Origin: Lama guanicoe
Lineage: Eukaryota
DNA: 64,000 bases
Assembly (NCBI GenBank): GCA_013239625.1
Contig: MU054220.1
Span: 744,848-808,847 of the forward strand
Reading direction: 5' to 3'
Shown here one piece after another: positions 52,310 through 64,000 of this stretch (its first letter is position 1; each line of letters opens with the position of its first letter). The notes under the pieces were generated by a model. It saw only the letters and a program-made list of their open reading frames with translations, was not told the DNA's origin and ran no database searches. The position numbers and the translations under genes are program-made.

Positions 52310-53001
52310 TCTTACCTTGTGGAGGCTTGTTCACCATCTGAAGGATGACTTTTCAAGTTACGCATAGTGACTTGGAATTGCTCTTTCAACCAATATGAAA
52401 GCCAAGGGCGATAGGCCGCATTGTTACTTGAGGACGTATTTTGTTTCCTTTAACTGTACGTTCATTTCTTCCGTGGACTCCTGATTATTCAGAAGAAAGT
52501 TTTCACTTGCTCTGTAGATTATTTAAAGTAATTCCACAGTGCCCACCAAAAAAAAAAAAAAGTTTACTGCATTAAGATAATTTATCCAAAATATCTGCAA
52601 ATCCTATGTTTCCATTAAAAGATAGCAACCAGCCATTCCCCAGGGAAACGCATCTCAAGTAACTTCTTTTCCTGCTAACTTTAAAACAGAAAAATACCAT
52701 TCACTCGTTCAGTCCTTTCTTCCCTCTCTTGTTGATCTGACCAGACTGGTTGATTTGTGATTCTGAGATTCACTCTTGCACTGTTTTTCTTTCTTCTTTT
52801 TAATGCATTGCTTTAAATCTAACAATAAGCCTGAAATTTTTATATCAGTACTTAAAAGGATATCCTCTTTCGTCCCACTAGGGGCAAAGATCACTGGACA
52901 TTTTATCCCTTCTAACCTCTTTTATCATTAATTCTTAGAATTGGAAAGTGTCCAAGACTGATTCTTGCTTAATTAAATTCACTGGGATTTTCCACTACAT
53001 T
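52310..53001 (-). promoter_or_regulatory. Candidate first exon and promoter of OR4A47-like copy A
   Basis: Donor AAG|GTAAGA (GT at 52315-52314) is conserved as AAG|GTGAGA in copy B (59062-59061). Perfect O/E site TCCCCAGGGA at 52637-52646. A TAATTA-containing block at 52968-53001 is identical in copy B. Confidence 0.55.
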
Positions 53002-53819
53002 TAAAAAGTACATCAGTATGTAAAGAGATTATTAATCTTCAACACAGAATTAGGGTCAAAAAGATGTAACATGGGGGAAAAAACAGCTTTGTACCTGCTT
53101 TCAGACTATTGTGAACCAAGTACAAAGTATCAGCCAAATCATTTTGTCCCAGTGAAGATTAATTCCTCAAATATTTCCCCACATGCCACAGCAAGCTATC
53201 TTTCTTTTTATTTAATATTCAAATTGTCCATTATTGACATTTAATAAATTTACAAAAGTATTATCACCAATTAAGATTTAATATCTAATTTAATATACAT
53301 TAATTATTTATTTAACAATGTAATGAACCTACTTTATACCTGGAACTGTGCTATCATTGAGGACACAGCAATTAATAAAACAAAGAAAACAATAACACAC
53401 AGCAATTAATAAAACAAATGAATAATGACATGAAATTTCTTTCCCACATGAATTCTGTATTCTTACAATAGAGTCAGACAATAAAGAAGGAAAGAATTTA
53501 ATTAAGTGGTTGTAGTCCGATGCAGTGTTTATATGACAACAAATAGAATACTGTGATATAAATAAGATGGAAAATTTTACTGTAGAAAATATAATCAAGG
53601 AAGTGGTTTATAAAAGGTGATGTTTAGCTGAGATCCAAAGAATAGGAATGGCTACCATTGGAAGCAGTGTTACAGACAGGAAAATTAAGTAAACTTTAAT
53701 TAAGTTATCTCACTGCAGAGATGACATGATCTATACCTAGAAAAAATTCTAAAAGTTTAACCGGAACTTTTACTGCAGGATCATGTTGCAAAGATGTGGT
53801 GTGAGTGTGTACTCACTCT

Positions 53820-54269
53820 TACAACCAGCTATGCCAGGACCTGGCCCCACCCACCAGCAGACAGTAGTCACTGCAGAATTCGAGGCCTGTCAATCAATGG
53901 GACCAGGGGCCAGCCACATCTACCAGCATGTCCACAGTAGTCAGCCCACAACAGGAGAGGATCCACACAGCCCACATAATGGGAGTCACTAGAGCACATA
54001 GCGCTGGTGATCAGAAGAGAGTGTACTAATGGGATATTTTCTATGTAAAACTGCTTCTTCAAGATTTAGGAAAATAACCAAACCACCAAATACATGGAAA
54101 TAAAACACAGAAAATCAGGCGAAATGAGGCAATAGAGGAATATGTTCCAAATAAAGGAACACAATAAAAACCCCAGAAGAAGAACTAAATGAAGTGGAGA
54201 TAAGAAATCTACCCAATAAAGGATTCGATGTCATGATTATAAAGATGCTCAAAGAACTCGGGAGAAGAT
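53820..54269 (+). mobile_element. L1 5' UTR/ORF1 N-terminal fragment
   Basis: Translates to L1 ORF1-like ...EELNEVEIRNLPNKGFDVMIIKMLKELGRR, preceded by GC-richer 5' UTR-like sequence. Confidence 0.7.
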
Positions 54270-54477
54270 TGTAGAAGGAGAGGATTGTTCTGACTGCCTG
54301 GTCTTTGTTGTAAAAACTCCTCTATATCCTGGTTCCTGCCTTACCTCTTCGGAGCAGTCCCTCAGAGCAACCTGAGAGGCTGTCATCCCGGGCGTGGAGG
54401 GGTTCAAGTCCTCAGAAATGTCCGCCAAATAAAACCTAACTCACAACTTTTACGTTGTGCATTTATTTCACTCTACA
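54270..54477 (+). mobile_element. Short (probably internally deleted) ERV1-like solo LTR
   Basis: Inverted termini TGTAGA...TCTACA, AATAAA at ~54428, and flanks AGAT/TGAT as an imperfect 4-bp TSD. Confidence 0.6.
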
Positions 54478-55522
54478 TGATTCAGTGTTTCCAGATGAGA
54501 ACCTTCACATATACCAAATGGACCTCAAATTCTCCATTTCAATTCATCATCTTTAATGAAATGTCAGCAGTTTCAGAAGCATTCCCGTTGTCAAGTGCCC
54601 CTGTTTTTTCAAGAGCAATTACTCCTAAGGAGGTAAAGTAGAGATGATGGTAATTCATCCAGTAAATATTTATTAAGCATTTATTCTAGGCCAAGTTTTC
54701 TCCCAGTTTCAGGATATGCGATAATGAACAAAACACATACCCTATACCACTTCTGAGCAAATAGCTTTCTCTATTTTGAGTTCCTAGATTTCTAGACATG
54801 TACTGCTTGCATGCTATATTGTACACTTGTTCATAGCAAAATAATGTTAGGACCCCTCAGACAGGTGTTTTCAGGAAACTCAGACTCACAGATGTGTCCC
54901 CTCAAGTTTAGGAAAGTACAGGGCTAATATGAAGTAGGGAACAAGAAAAAGAGATTCAAATATGGCCAAGGAAATAGGGGATCCTTCCAGCACCAGGAAT
55001 GCTTACAAGGCCAGTCAGCCTTCAGAGTATTCTTGCAGGCATGCATAGAGAATTATATATAATCCTTCCTAAAGCTAGTTGATATATTATTTATAAATAC
55101 ATTTACTTAGAAAACAAACTTGTATATTATTAGCTTAACACTCTATGCCAAGTAATGAGTTCTATTATAATTTAAGACTCAAATAATAAAGATTTATGGG
55201 CATTGAATTGTCTAAAAGCTTATACAGATTGTTTCATTTGATCTTGAAAATATCTCCACCCTTCCCCATTTCACAAAACTTGAGAAAGTCTTGTTTTGCT
55301 AAAGTTTACATTATAAGTGGCAAAGCTGAGATTTGATCTCAGAAGAATCTTCCTCAAAAAGGCTATGCTCTTTACCATTATAGTATTCTTAAACTGGTCA
55401 CCCAATCTTCAAAAATGTATGTGAAATTTGTAATAATGGAAAATCACACCAACAAAGCAAAATGGTAAAACTGAGTTTCTTAAATTGAATGACTAGTTAA
55501 GATTCTAATAAAAATGAGTTTT

Positions 55523-56030
55523 TATTATTGAGTCTAAATTTGTACTGCTTACCACATAACAGGCCAATAAACTGAGACAAAAGTTGTTAGGGCAAGGAAT
55601 AGTGACTTTATCTGGGGAGCCAGCAGACCAAAGATAAGGTGGACTAGTGTCCCAAAGAACCATCTTGCCTGGGTTTGGATGTTAATTTGTTTATAGAACA
55701 GAAAGCAGAAGTGAGGCAGTAAAGAATAAAAGGTGAAAGGTGTTGCAAATATTTCCTGGTTCTGGCCAGACTCCAGGGGGCATGTGTGAATGTCCTGCGG
55801 TCAGTCACAGGCGGGCCTGGTCGGGAGGTTTCCTTGAGCTCAACAAAGGTATTTTAGGTTAATGCTCAGGCACAGGATGCCGGTTCCCAGAGAGGGGACT
55901 TCCATTATGTATACTTTAAGCTATAGGCGACCTCCCTTTAGTGATTAACTTGTAGCAAAAGCAATAGAGCACAAAAGTGAAAGGAAGAGAAGCAGACCCA
56001 CTGTGAAGTCAGAGCTGTTCTTCCCGATCA
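55523..56030 (-). mobile_element. ERV solo LTR (copy in unit B)
   Basis: LTR-like text (GGGCAAGGAATAGTGACTTTAT, GGTGGACTAGTGTCCCAAAGAACCATCTT) resembling artiodactyl ERV1 LTRs in reverse orientation. It ends in CA. Confidence 0.65.
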
Positions 56031-56828
56031 CTGGTGCGTCCAGTTTAGCGTCTCTGTGTAACAAAGTGACAGTATGCGGAAACTGAGAATTAATTACTTC
56101 TGTGTAGACTGGTATGTAATAGCCTTCAGAAGGCTAAGCAGCTCAATGTAAAATTTAAACACAGGCATAAACACATGCATCTATGAAAATATGCTGATAT
56201 TTGCAAAAGAAATGAGTCAAATCTCAGAACAGAGCGACTGCATCTGGAAGAACTGAGACACAATGGTTTGGGATGTGCAGGAGGTTTAATTAAACATGGA
56301 TTCTATTTTTAATATTTACCATCCAACATACTTACAATTTTTATTTAAAAATTAAAATATTAAATGAAAAATTTCATAGGTATAGCAGGTGAAGCTGAAT
56401 AAAGAGGATGGTGTATACACATTAAATATTGTAACTAGCATAATAAATGGAATAATGATATAAGACAAGAATCTGACAAAAATAAAACTAAGAATGAGAA
56501 AGTAATAAAAGTAAATGCAGAAGTTCATTAAAATTAGACTAACTATAAAAATTTCATTGACTAATTCATTAGATATTATTTATTGACTCCCTGCTTAATG
56601 CATTCCACCCCTCCCCACCCCACTAGGTGCAGTAATCAACCAGACATTACAGGATGTACACATTGACAGGGAAATTGTCATTGTTTATGAACATAGAGTT
56701 CAACTTTTACTTCAATTATCATAAATCCTTTAGAGAAAAGGAAAGTTTGCATCAGATTTATGAAGACTTTTGCATCCAAAGAGATTGGCCCTAATGCTAA
56801 ATTAGTTTCTTCATGATGAATAATGCAC

Positions 56829-57758
56829 TTATTCAATACTTGACCTGCCATTTTTTCTCCAGAGCTTCTTCATAGCATTAGTCATCTCAGAATTTCTTAG
56901 ACTGTAGATTAAAGGGTTCAGCATAGGAGTGATGACTGTAAAAAATACACTTAATGATTTATCAATGGGGAAAGTCTTAGCGGGTCTCACATATATGAAA
57001 ATACAGGGAACAAAAAAGCAGACAACCACAGTGATGTGGGAACCACAGGTCTGGAGAGCTTTCAGCCTCCCTTCCTGACTCAGGTTCTTTAGAGAGTGCA
57101 AGATGACTCCATACGAGATGAGTAAGAGCAGAAACACAATAGTGCAGATCAGTCCTCCATTAGCCACTACAATGAGGCCAATGACATACGTGTCAGTGCA
57201 GACAAGTTTCAATAAGGGGTACACATCACAGATAAAGTGATCAATGACATTGGGGCCACAGAATGGGAGCCCATAAACAGTGCTAACTTGAATAACTGAG
57301 TGCAGAAAACCTCCAACACAAGACACCACCACCAGCACAACACACACCCTTTGCCTCATGATAACCAAATAATGCAAGGGCTTACAGATGGCCACGTAGC
57401 GGTCATAGGCCATCACCAACAGAAGGAAGACCTCTGATCCACCAAAAATATGCTCTGTAAACAGCTGAGTCATGCAAGATTCAAAGGATATGGTGTTTTC
57501 CCCAAAGAATAAGTCTGAAATCAATCTGGGGGTAAAAGAAGATGAATAAGTGGCATCCATAAATGATAAGCTAGCAAGAAAGAAGTACATTGGTGACTTC
57601 AGGGTCTTACTGACAGTTATAGTCACAATAATGAGCAGGTTGCCCAACATGGTCAAAATGTAGAAGAGCAAGAACATAACAAAAAGGACTTTCTGCTCCT
57701 TTGGATTCTCTGTGAGGCCCAGGAGGATGAAATAAGTTACATTGTTCCTTGGTTCCAT
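56829..57758 (-). CDS. OR4A47: Olfactory receptor 4A47-like copy B, 309 aa
   Basis: Intact ORF with OR motifs. TM4 Trp is replaced by Cys, and the ICL3 motif reads EGRLKAL. Confidence 0.85.
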   Translation of the reverse strand: MEPRNNVTYFILLGLTENPKEQKVLFVMFLLFYILTMLGNLLIIVTITVSKTLKSPMYFFLASLSFMDATYSSSFTPRLISDLFFGENTISFESCMTQLFTEHIFGGSEVFLLLVMAYDRYVAICKPLHYLVIMRQRVCVVLVVVSCVGGFLHSVIQVSTVYGLPFCGPNVIDHFICDVYPLLKLVCTDTYVIGLIVVANGGLICTIVFLLLLISYGVILHSLKNLSQEGRLKALQTCGSHITVVVCFFVPCIFIYVRPAKTFPIDKSLSVFFTVITPMLNPLIYSLRNSEMTNAMKKLWRKNGRSSIE

Positions 57759-57801
57759 CTAGTCTGTACAGGAGGTGATTTCACATATCAGAAGCATTTT
57801 A

Positions 57802-57822
57802 CCTACAAAACAAGGCAGAAAA
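57802..57822 (-). promoter_or_regulatory. Candidate splice acceptor of copy B (duplicated at ~63071-63091 for copy C)
   Basis: Minus strand reads GTTTTCTGCCTTGTTTTGTAG|GTAAAATG, about 43 nt before the ATG. Confidence 0.6.
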
Positions 57823-60796
57823 CTTTTAAATGCATTTATCATAGTTTTATATTTTATTTATCCATTCTATTAAAAGAATGTGTATGAAGCATTTATTTGT
57901 GCCCAATACATCAGAGATAGTGTGATTACCAAGTTGGATAAGGCATAGTTCCCTCTCTGTGATATGATATATTATGAGGAATCAAACAGTTTCAGATCCA
58001 CGAAATGAATAACATTATTAGACATTTACAGAAAGGTAAGAGTCACAGAGTAGGAATGCATCAGTCAAACGAAAGTCAGAGAAGGCTTCTCTGAGAATGT
58101 AAATTCTTAGCTAATCTTCTAAGAGAAAGCGAAAGAACAAGAAAAGATGGGAAGGAAATTCCATGAGGGTATACCATTTGCAAGTTCCGAAAATGTAATA
58201 CTTGACACCCACATAAGCTAATTTACACATCCCAGTGTAGGTAGATCAAAATATGAATAGATGGCCAGTGCCCTGAACTGTCTCAGAACTCCCTAAACTG
58301 CTTTCTTACTGTCTTAGGTGGATATTCCCCCTTTTCCTGATGATTCATTGCTGAAGCCGTCCAGTTTTGTACCTCCAGCCTCTATCTCTACATGTATAAG
58401 CAGCACATACCGTTTTGGTCATCTCTAGTTGGGTATCAATTTAATATTTATAAAACATCATTTAAAATGTCCACAATAATAAATGTGTTTCCCATCTCAT
58501 GAAATGGTACCGCCTTCAAAGTAATTGTTCAGATAAAAAGTTCTCACAGTATCGTTCGATTCTTTATTTCTTTCATATTAGTCGTTAATACTTTGAATAT
58601 TTCCTGTTGTCTCCACTTTCAAGATACATCACAAATTGGGTCATTTCCTACCTCCGCCCACTTCTGTTTTTGCCCATTGTAATCACCTCCTGCCAAGTCT
58701 CTCCACTTTTATTCTGGCCTCCATGCATCTGTTCTCCTCAGGTAGTCCAAAGTTTGCTCCTTAAATTTTGTTCTGATTGTATCACCCAACTGCTCTAAAC
58801 ACTTCTAGTGGATTCCAGTCATGTACTCAGAATTTTATGTGTCACATTTGACATTTACAGTCATAGGAATTGTATTCACCTTTTTATAGCTGAAAAAAAT
58901 GAGGCTCAGACCATCTCATTAATTTCCCCAAGGTCACACATTTTTACATGATAAAACTAGAATTGGAACCTAGGTTTGATCTGTCTCAAAATGATTTATT
59001 TCTTACATAGTAAAGTCACACAATTGTGAATCCTGGTTCCCACTATGTATTGTTATTCTCACCTTGTGGAGGCTTGTTCCATAATCTGAAGGATGGGTTT
59101 TTAAATTACTCATAACCTGGAATTCTATTTTCATCCGATTTGACAACAGAGGGCAAAAGACTGCATTGTTACTTGAGGATATATTCTATTTCATTCCACT
59201 ATGTTTATTTTTTCTATGGAGTCTCCTGAATATTCAGAAGACATTTGATTTGCACTGCAGATTCTTTAAAAGAAATACCATGGTGACTACAAAAAACAAA
59301 GGTTTATCATGTTTGGATAATTTATCAAAAAGATCAAAATCCTATATTCACATAGGAAGATTGTAAACAGCCATTTTCTGAAGGAAATGTATCTCAAGTA
59401 ACTTCATTTCCTGAACTTCAAAATAGAAAAATATGATTTAATTTTTTAATCCTTCTCCTCTATCTTGTTGGTGTGGCCAGATTAGTTGATTTAAGAGCTT
59501 GAGATACATTCTGTTTCTTTCTTTTTGTTATGATTTGCTTGAAGCCTGAAAAAGGATCTCCTGAAAAATTATATCCGTTCTTAAATGATAGTATCTCTGT
59601 TCCCACTCGGGGCAAGATCACTGGACATTTTATTCCTTCTAACCTCATTTGTTCTTAAGTCTTAGAATTGGAAAGTGTCCAAAACCAATTCTCACTTAAT
59701 TAAATTCACTGGGATTTTCCACTACATTTTAAAAATTCATCAGTATGTAAAGAGGCTACCAAACCTCATCACAGATTTAGGGTAAAAAAGGTGTCACATG
59801 AAAAAAAAAAAAGAAAAACAGCTTTATAACTGCTTTCAAACTATTGCAAACCAAGAATAAAATAGCAGCCAAATCATTTTGTTTCAGCGACAGTTAATTC
59901 CTCAAGTGTTTCCCCACTTGCCATAGCAAGCTTATCATTCTTTTTGTTTAATATTCAACTTATCCTGTCTTGACACTTATTAAATTCATGAAAATGTTAT
60001 CACCATTTCAGCTATAATATCTAATATTGTATCTGATTATTATTTATTTAATACTTAAGACAACTATGTTATACAAGGAACTGTGTTATAGTTGAGGTGA
60101 CAGCAATCAATAAAACAAGGGGAAAAAAATCACATGAAAGTTTCTTCCAACATGGATCTTATATTCTTACAATAGAGTCAGATGAAAAAAAAAGGAGACA
60201 ATTTAATAAATTAGGAGGTTAGGGGACCATTCCAGCAATAAGAATGCTTACAAGGTCAGCCAGCCTTCAGCATGTTCCTTCCTTCAGGCCCAGATAAATT
60301 ATGCATGAGGCTTCCTAGAGATAGATTAATTAATTATTATGTAATTAATGTATTTATTTACATATATACTTATAAAACTAACATGTATATTAACAATACT
60401 CTATGAGAAGTAAGGAGTTCTATTACAATTTAAAAGACTCTAATAATAAAGTGTTCACAGTAACTAACATTTCTGAGCACTTATATATAAGAGTTTACAC
60501 AGATTCTTTTATTTGATCTTGAAAATATCTCCACCATTTCCCATTTAACAAAACTTGAGGAAGTTGTGTTTTGCCAAAGTTTACATTAAAATGGGAAAGT
60601 TAAGATTTGATCTCAGAAGAATCTTCCTCAAAAAGGCTATGCTCTTTACCATTATAGTATTCTTAAACTGGTCACCCAATCCTCAAAAATGTATGTGAAA
60701 TTTGTAATAATGGAAAATCACACCAACAAAGCAAAATGGTAAAACTAAGTTTCTTAAATTGAATGACTAGTTAAGATTCTAATAAAAATGAGTTTT

Positions 60797-61299
60797 TATT
60801 ATTGAGTCTAAATTTGTACTGCTTACCACATAACAGGCCAATAAACTGAGACAAAAGTTGTTAGGGCAAGGAATAGTGACTATATCTGGGGAGCCAGCAG
60901 ACCAAAGATAAGGTGGACTAGTGTCCCAAAGAACCATCTTGCCTGGGTTTGGATGTTAATTTGTTTATAGAACAGAAAGCAGAAGTGAGGCAGTAAAGAA
61001 TAAAAGGTGAAAGGTGTTGCAAATATTTCCTGGTTCTGGCCAGACTCCAGGGGGCATGTGTGAATGTCCTGCGGTCAGTCACAGGCGGGCCTGGTCGGGA
61101 GGTTTCCTTGAGCTCAACAAAGGTATTTTAGGTTAATGCTCAGACACAGGAGGCCCCAGAGAGGGGCCATCCATTATGTATACTTCAAGCTATAGGCGAC
61201 CTCCCTTTAGTGATTAACTTGTAGCAAAGGCAATAGAGCACAAAGGTGAAAGTAAGAGAAGCAGACCCACTGTGAAGTCAGAGCTGTTCTTCCCGATCA
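60797..61299 (-). mobile_element. ERV solo LTR (copy in unit C)
   Basis: Duplicate of 55523-56030. Confidence 0.65.
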
Positions 61300-62097
61300 C
61301 TGGTGCGTCCAGTTTAGCGTCTCTGTGTAACAAAGTGACAGTATGCGGAAACTGAGAATTAATTACTTCTGTGTAGACTGGTATGTAATAGCCTTCAGAA
61401 GGCTAAGCAGCTCAATGTAAAATTTAAACACAGGCATAAACACATGCATCTATGAAAATATGCTGATATTTGCAAAAGAAATGAGTCAAATCTCAGAACA
61501 GAGCGACTGCATCTGGAAGAACTGAGACACAATGGTTTGGGATGTGCAGGAGGTTTAATTAAACATGGATTCTATTTTTAATATTTACCATCCAACATAC
61601 TTACAATTTTTATTTAAAAATTAAAATATTAAATGAAAAATTTCATAGGTATAGCAGGTGAAGCTGAATAAAGAGGATGGTGTATACACATTAAATATTG
61701 TAACTAGCATAATAAATGGAATAATGATATAAGACAAGAATCTGACAAAAATAAAACTAAGAATGAGAAAGTAATAAAAGTAAATGCAGAAATTCATTAA
61801 AATTAGAGTAACTATAAAAATTTCATTGACTAATTCATTAGATATTATTTATTGACTCCCTGCTTAATGCATTCCACCCCTCCCCACCCCACTAGGTGCA
61901 GTAATCAACCAGACTTTACAGGATGTACACATTGACAGGGAAATTGTCATTGTTTATGAACATACATTTCAACTTTTACTTCAATTATCATAAATCCTTT
62001 AGAGAAAAGGAAAGTTTGCATCAGATTTATGAAGACTTTTGCATCCAAAGAGATTGGCCCTAAGGCTAAATTAGTTTCTTCATGATGAATAATGCAC

Positions 62098-63027
62098 TTA
62101 TTCAATACTTGACCTGCCATTTTTTCTCCAGAGCTTCTTCATAGCATTAGTCATCTCAGAATTTCTTAGACTGTAGATTAAAGGGTTCAGCATAGGAGTG
62201 ATGACTGTAAAAAATACACTTAATGATTTATCAATGGGAAAAGTCTTAGCGGGTCTCACATATATGAAAATACAGGGAACAAAAAAGCAGACAACCACAG
62301 TGATGTGGGAACCACAGGTCTGGAGAGCTTTCCGCCTCCCTTCCTGACTCAGGTTCTTTAGAGAGTGCAAGATGACTCCATACGAGATGAGTAAGAGCAG
62401 AAACACAATAGTGCAGATCAGTCCTCCATTAGCCACTACAATGAGGCCAATGACATACGTGTCAGTGCAGACAAGTTTCAATAAGGGGTACACATCACAG
62501 ATAAAGTGATCAATGACATTGGGGCCACAGAATGGGAGCCCATAAACAGTGCTAACTTGAATAACTGAGTGCAGAAAACCTCCAACACAAGACACCACCA
62601 CCAGCACAACACACACCCTTTGCCTCATGATAACCAAATAATGCAAGGGCTTACAGATGGCCACGTAGCGGTCATAGGCCATCACCAACAGAAGGAAGAC
62701 CTCTGATCCACCAAAAATATGCTCTGTAAACAGCTGAGTCATGCAAGATTCAAAGGATATGGTGTTTTCCCCAAAGAATAAGTCTGAAATCAATCTAGGG
62801 GTAAAAGAAGATGAATAAGTGGCATCCATAAATGATAAGCTAGCAAGAAAGAAGTACATTGGTGACTTCAGGGTCTTACTGACAGTTATAGTCACAATAA
62901 TGAGCAGGTTGCCCAACATGGTCAAAATGTAGAAGAGCAAGAACATAACAAAAAGGACTTTCTGCTCCTTTGGATTCTCTGTGAGGCCCAGGAGGATGAA
63001 ATAAGTTACATTGTTCCTTGGTTCCAT
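62098..63027 (-). CDS. OR4A47: Olfactory receptor 4A47-like copy C, 309 aa
   Basis: Intact ORF that differs from copy B by one amino acid (EGRRKAL) and two synonymous sites seen by eye. Confidence 0.85.
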   Translation of the reverse strand: MEPRNNVTYFILLGLTENPKEQKVLFVMFLLFYILTMLGNLLIIVTITVSKTLKSPMYFFLASLSFMDATYSSSFTPRLISDLFFGENTISFESCMTQLFTEHIFGGSEVFLLLVMAYDRYVAICKPLHYLVIMRQRVCVVLVVVSCVGGFLHSVIQVSTVYGLPFCGPNVIDHFICDVYPLLKLVCTDTYVIGLIVVANGGLICTIVFLLLLISYGVILHSLKNLSQEGRRKALQTCGSHITVVVCFFVPCIFIYVRPAKTFPIDKSLSVFFTVITPMLNPLIYSLRNSEMTNAMKKLWRKNGRSSIE

Positions 63028-64000
63028 CTAGTCTGTACAGGAGGTGATTTCACATATCAGAAGCATTTTACCTACAAAACAAGGCAGAAAACTTTTAAAT
63101 GCATTTATCATAGTTTTATATTTTATTTATCCATTCTATTAAAAGAATGTGTATGAAGCATTTATTTGTGCCCAATACATCAGAGATAGTGTGATTACCA
63201 AGTTGGATAAGGCATAGTTCCCTCTCTGTGATATGATATATTATGAGGAATCAAACAGTTTCAGATCCACGAAATGAATAACATTATTAGACATTTACAG
63301 AAAGGTAAGAGTCACAGAGTAGGAATGCATCAGTCAAACGAAAGTCAGAGAAGGCTTCTCTGAGAATGTAATTTCTTAGCTAATCTTCTAAGAGAAAGCG
63401 AAAGAACAAGAAAAGATGGGAAGGAAATTCCATGAGGGTATACCATTTGCAAGTTCCGAAAATGTAATACTTGACACCCACATAAGCTAATTTACACATC
63501 CCAGTGTAGGTAGATCAAAATATGAATAGATGGCCAGTGCCCTGAACTGTCTCAGAACTCCCTAAACTGCTTTCTTACTGTCTTAGGTGGATATTCCCCC
63601 TTTTCCTGATGATTCATTGCTGAAGCCGTCCAGTTTTGTACCTCCAGCCTCTATCTCTACATGTATAAGCAGCACATACCGTTTTGGTCATCTCTAGTTG
63701 GGTATCAATTTAATATTTATAAAACATCATTTAAAATGTCCACAATAATAAATGTGTTTCCCATCTCATGAAATGGTACCGCCTTCAAAGTAATTGTTCA
63801 GATAAAAAGTTCTCACAGTATCGTTCGATTCTTTATTTCTTTCATATTAGTTGTTAATACTTTGAATATTTCCTGTTGTCTCTACTTTCAAGATACATCA
63901 CAAATTGGTTCATTTCCTACCTCCGCCTACTTCTGTTTTTGCCCATTGTAATCACCTCCTGCCAAGTCTCTCCACTTTTATTCTGGCCTCCATGCATCTG

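Larger units (their letters stand above)
55329..64000. repeat. Recent tandem segmental duplication, period 5274/5269 bp (55329-58731 matches 60603-64000; second unit runs off the window)
   Basis: Colinear and about 99% identical over 3.4 kb (roughly 25 differences counted by eye). It includes an LTR, an OR CDS and upstream DNA. Confidence 0.95.

Noticed and set aside
1..64000. CRISPR array, operon, defence system or other novel multi-gene system
   Set aside because: This is eukaryotic OR-cluster DNA. There is no repeat-spacer array, and no non-OR, non-transposon coding sequence is supportable.

Overview
Mammalian genomic DNA, most likely from a camelid (inferred from a Vic-1-type tRNA-derived SINE at the left edge). 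The window is part of a class II olfactory receptor (OR) family-4 cluster with seven single-coding-exon OR loci: OR4C16-like (-), OR4C6-like (+, DRY motif mutated to DHY), an unassigned OR4C-type gene (-), an OR4A15-like frameshifted pseudogene (-), and three tandem OR4A47-like genes (-). Two of the OR4A47-like genes lie in a very recent ~5.27-kb tandem duplication. The rest is AT-rich intergenic DNA with L1, L2, MIR, MaLR and ERV solo LTRs, microsatellites and two N-gaps. Gene names come from recalled similarity to human OR4 proteins, not from a database search, and sequence differences were counted by eye. I found no convincing previously undescribed biological system. The most interesting signals are: birth-and-death evolution of the OR4A47 array (unequal-crossover breakpoint, gene-conversion tract, stop-loss extension, splice-acceptor and O/E-site turnover), a hairpin-templated multi-codon change in an OR, a young ERVK-type solo LTR next to a putative OR promoter, and a triple-nested LTR.
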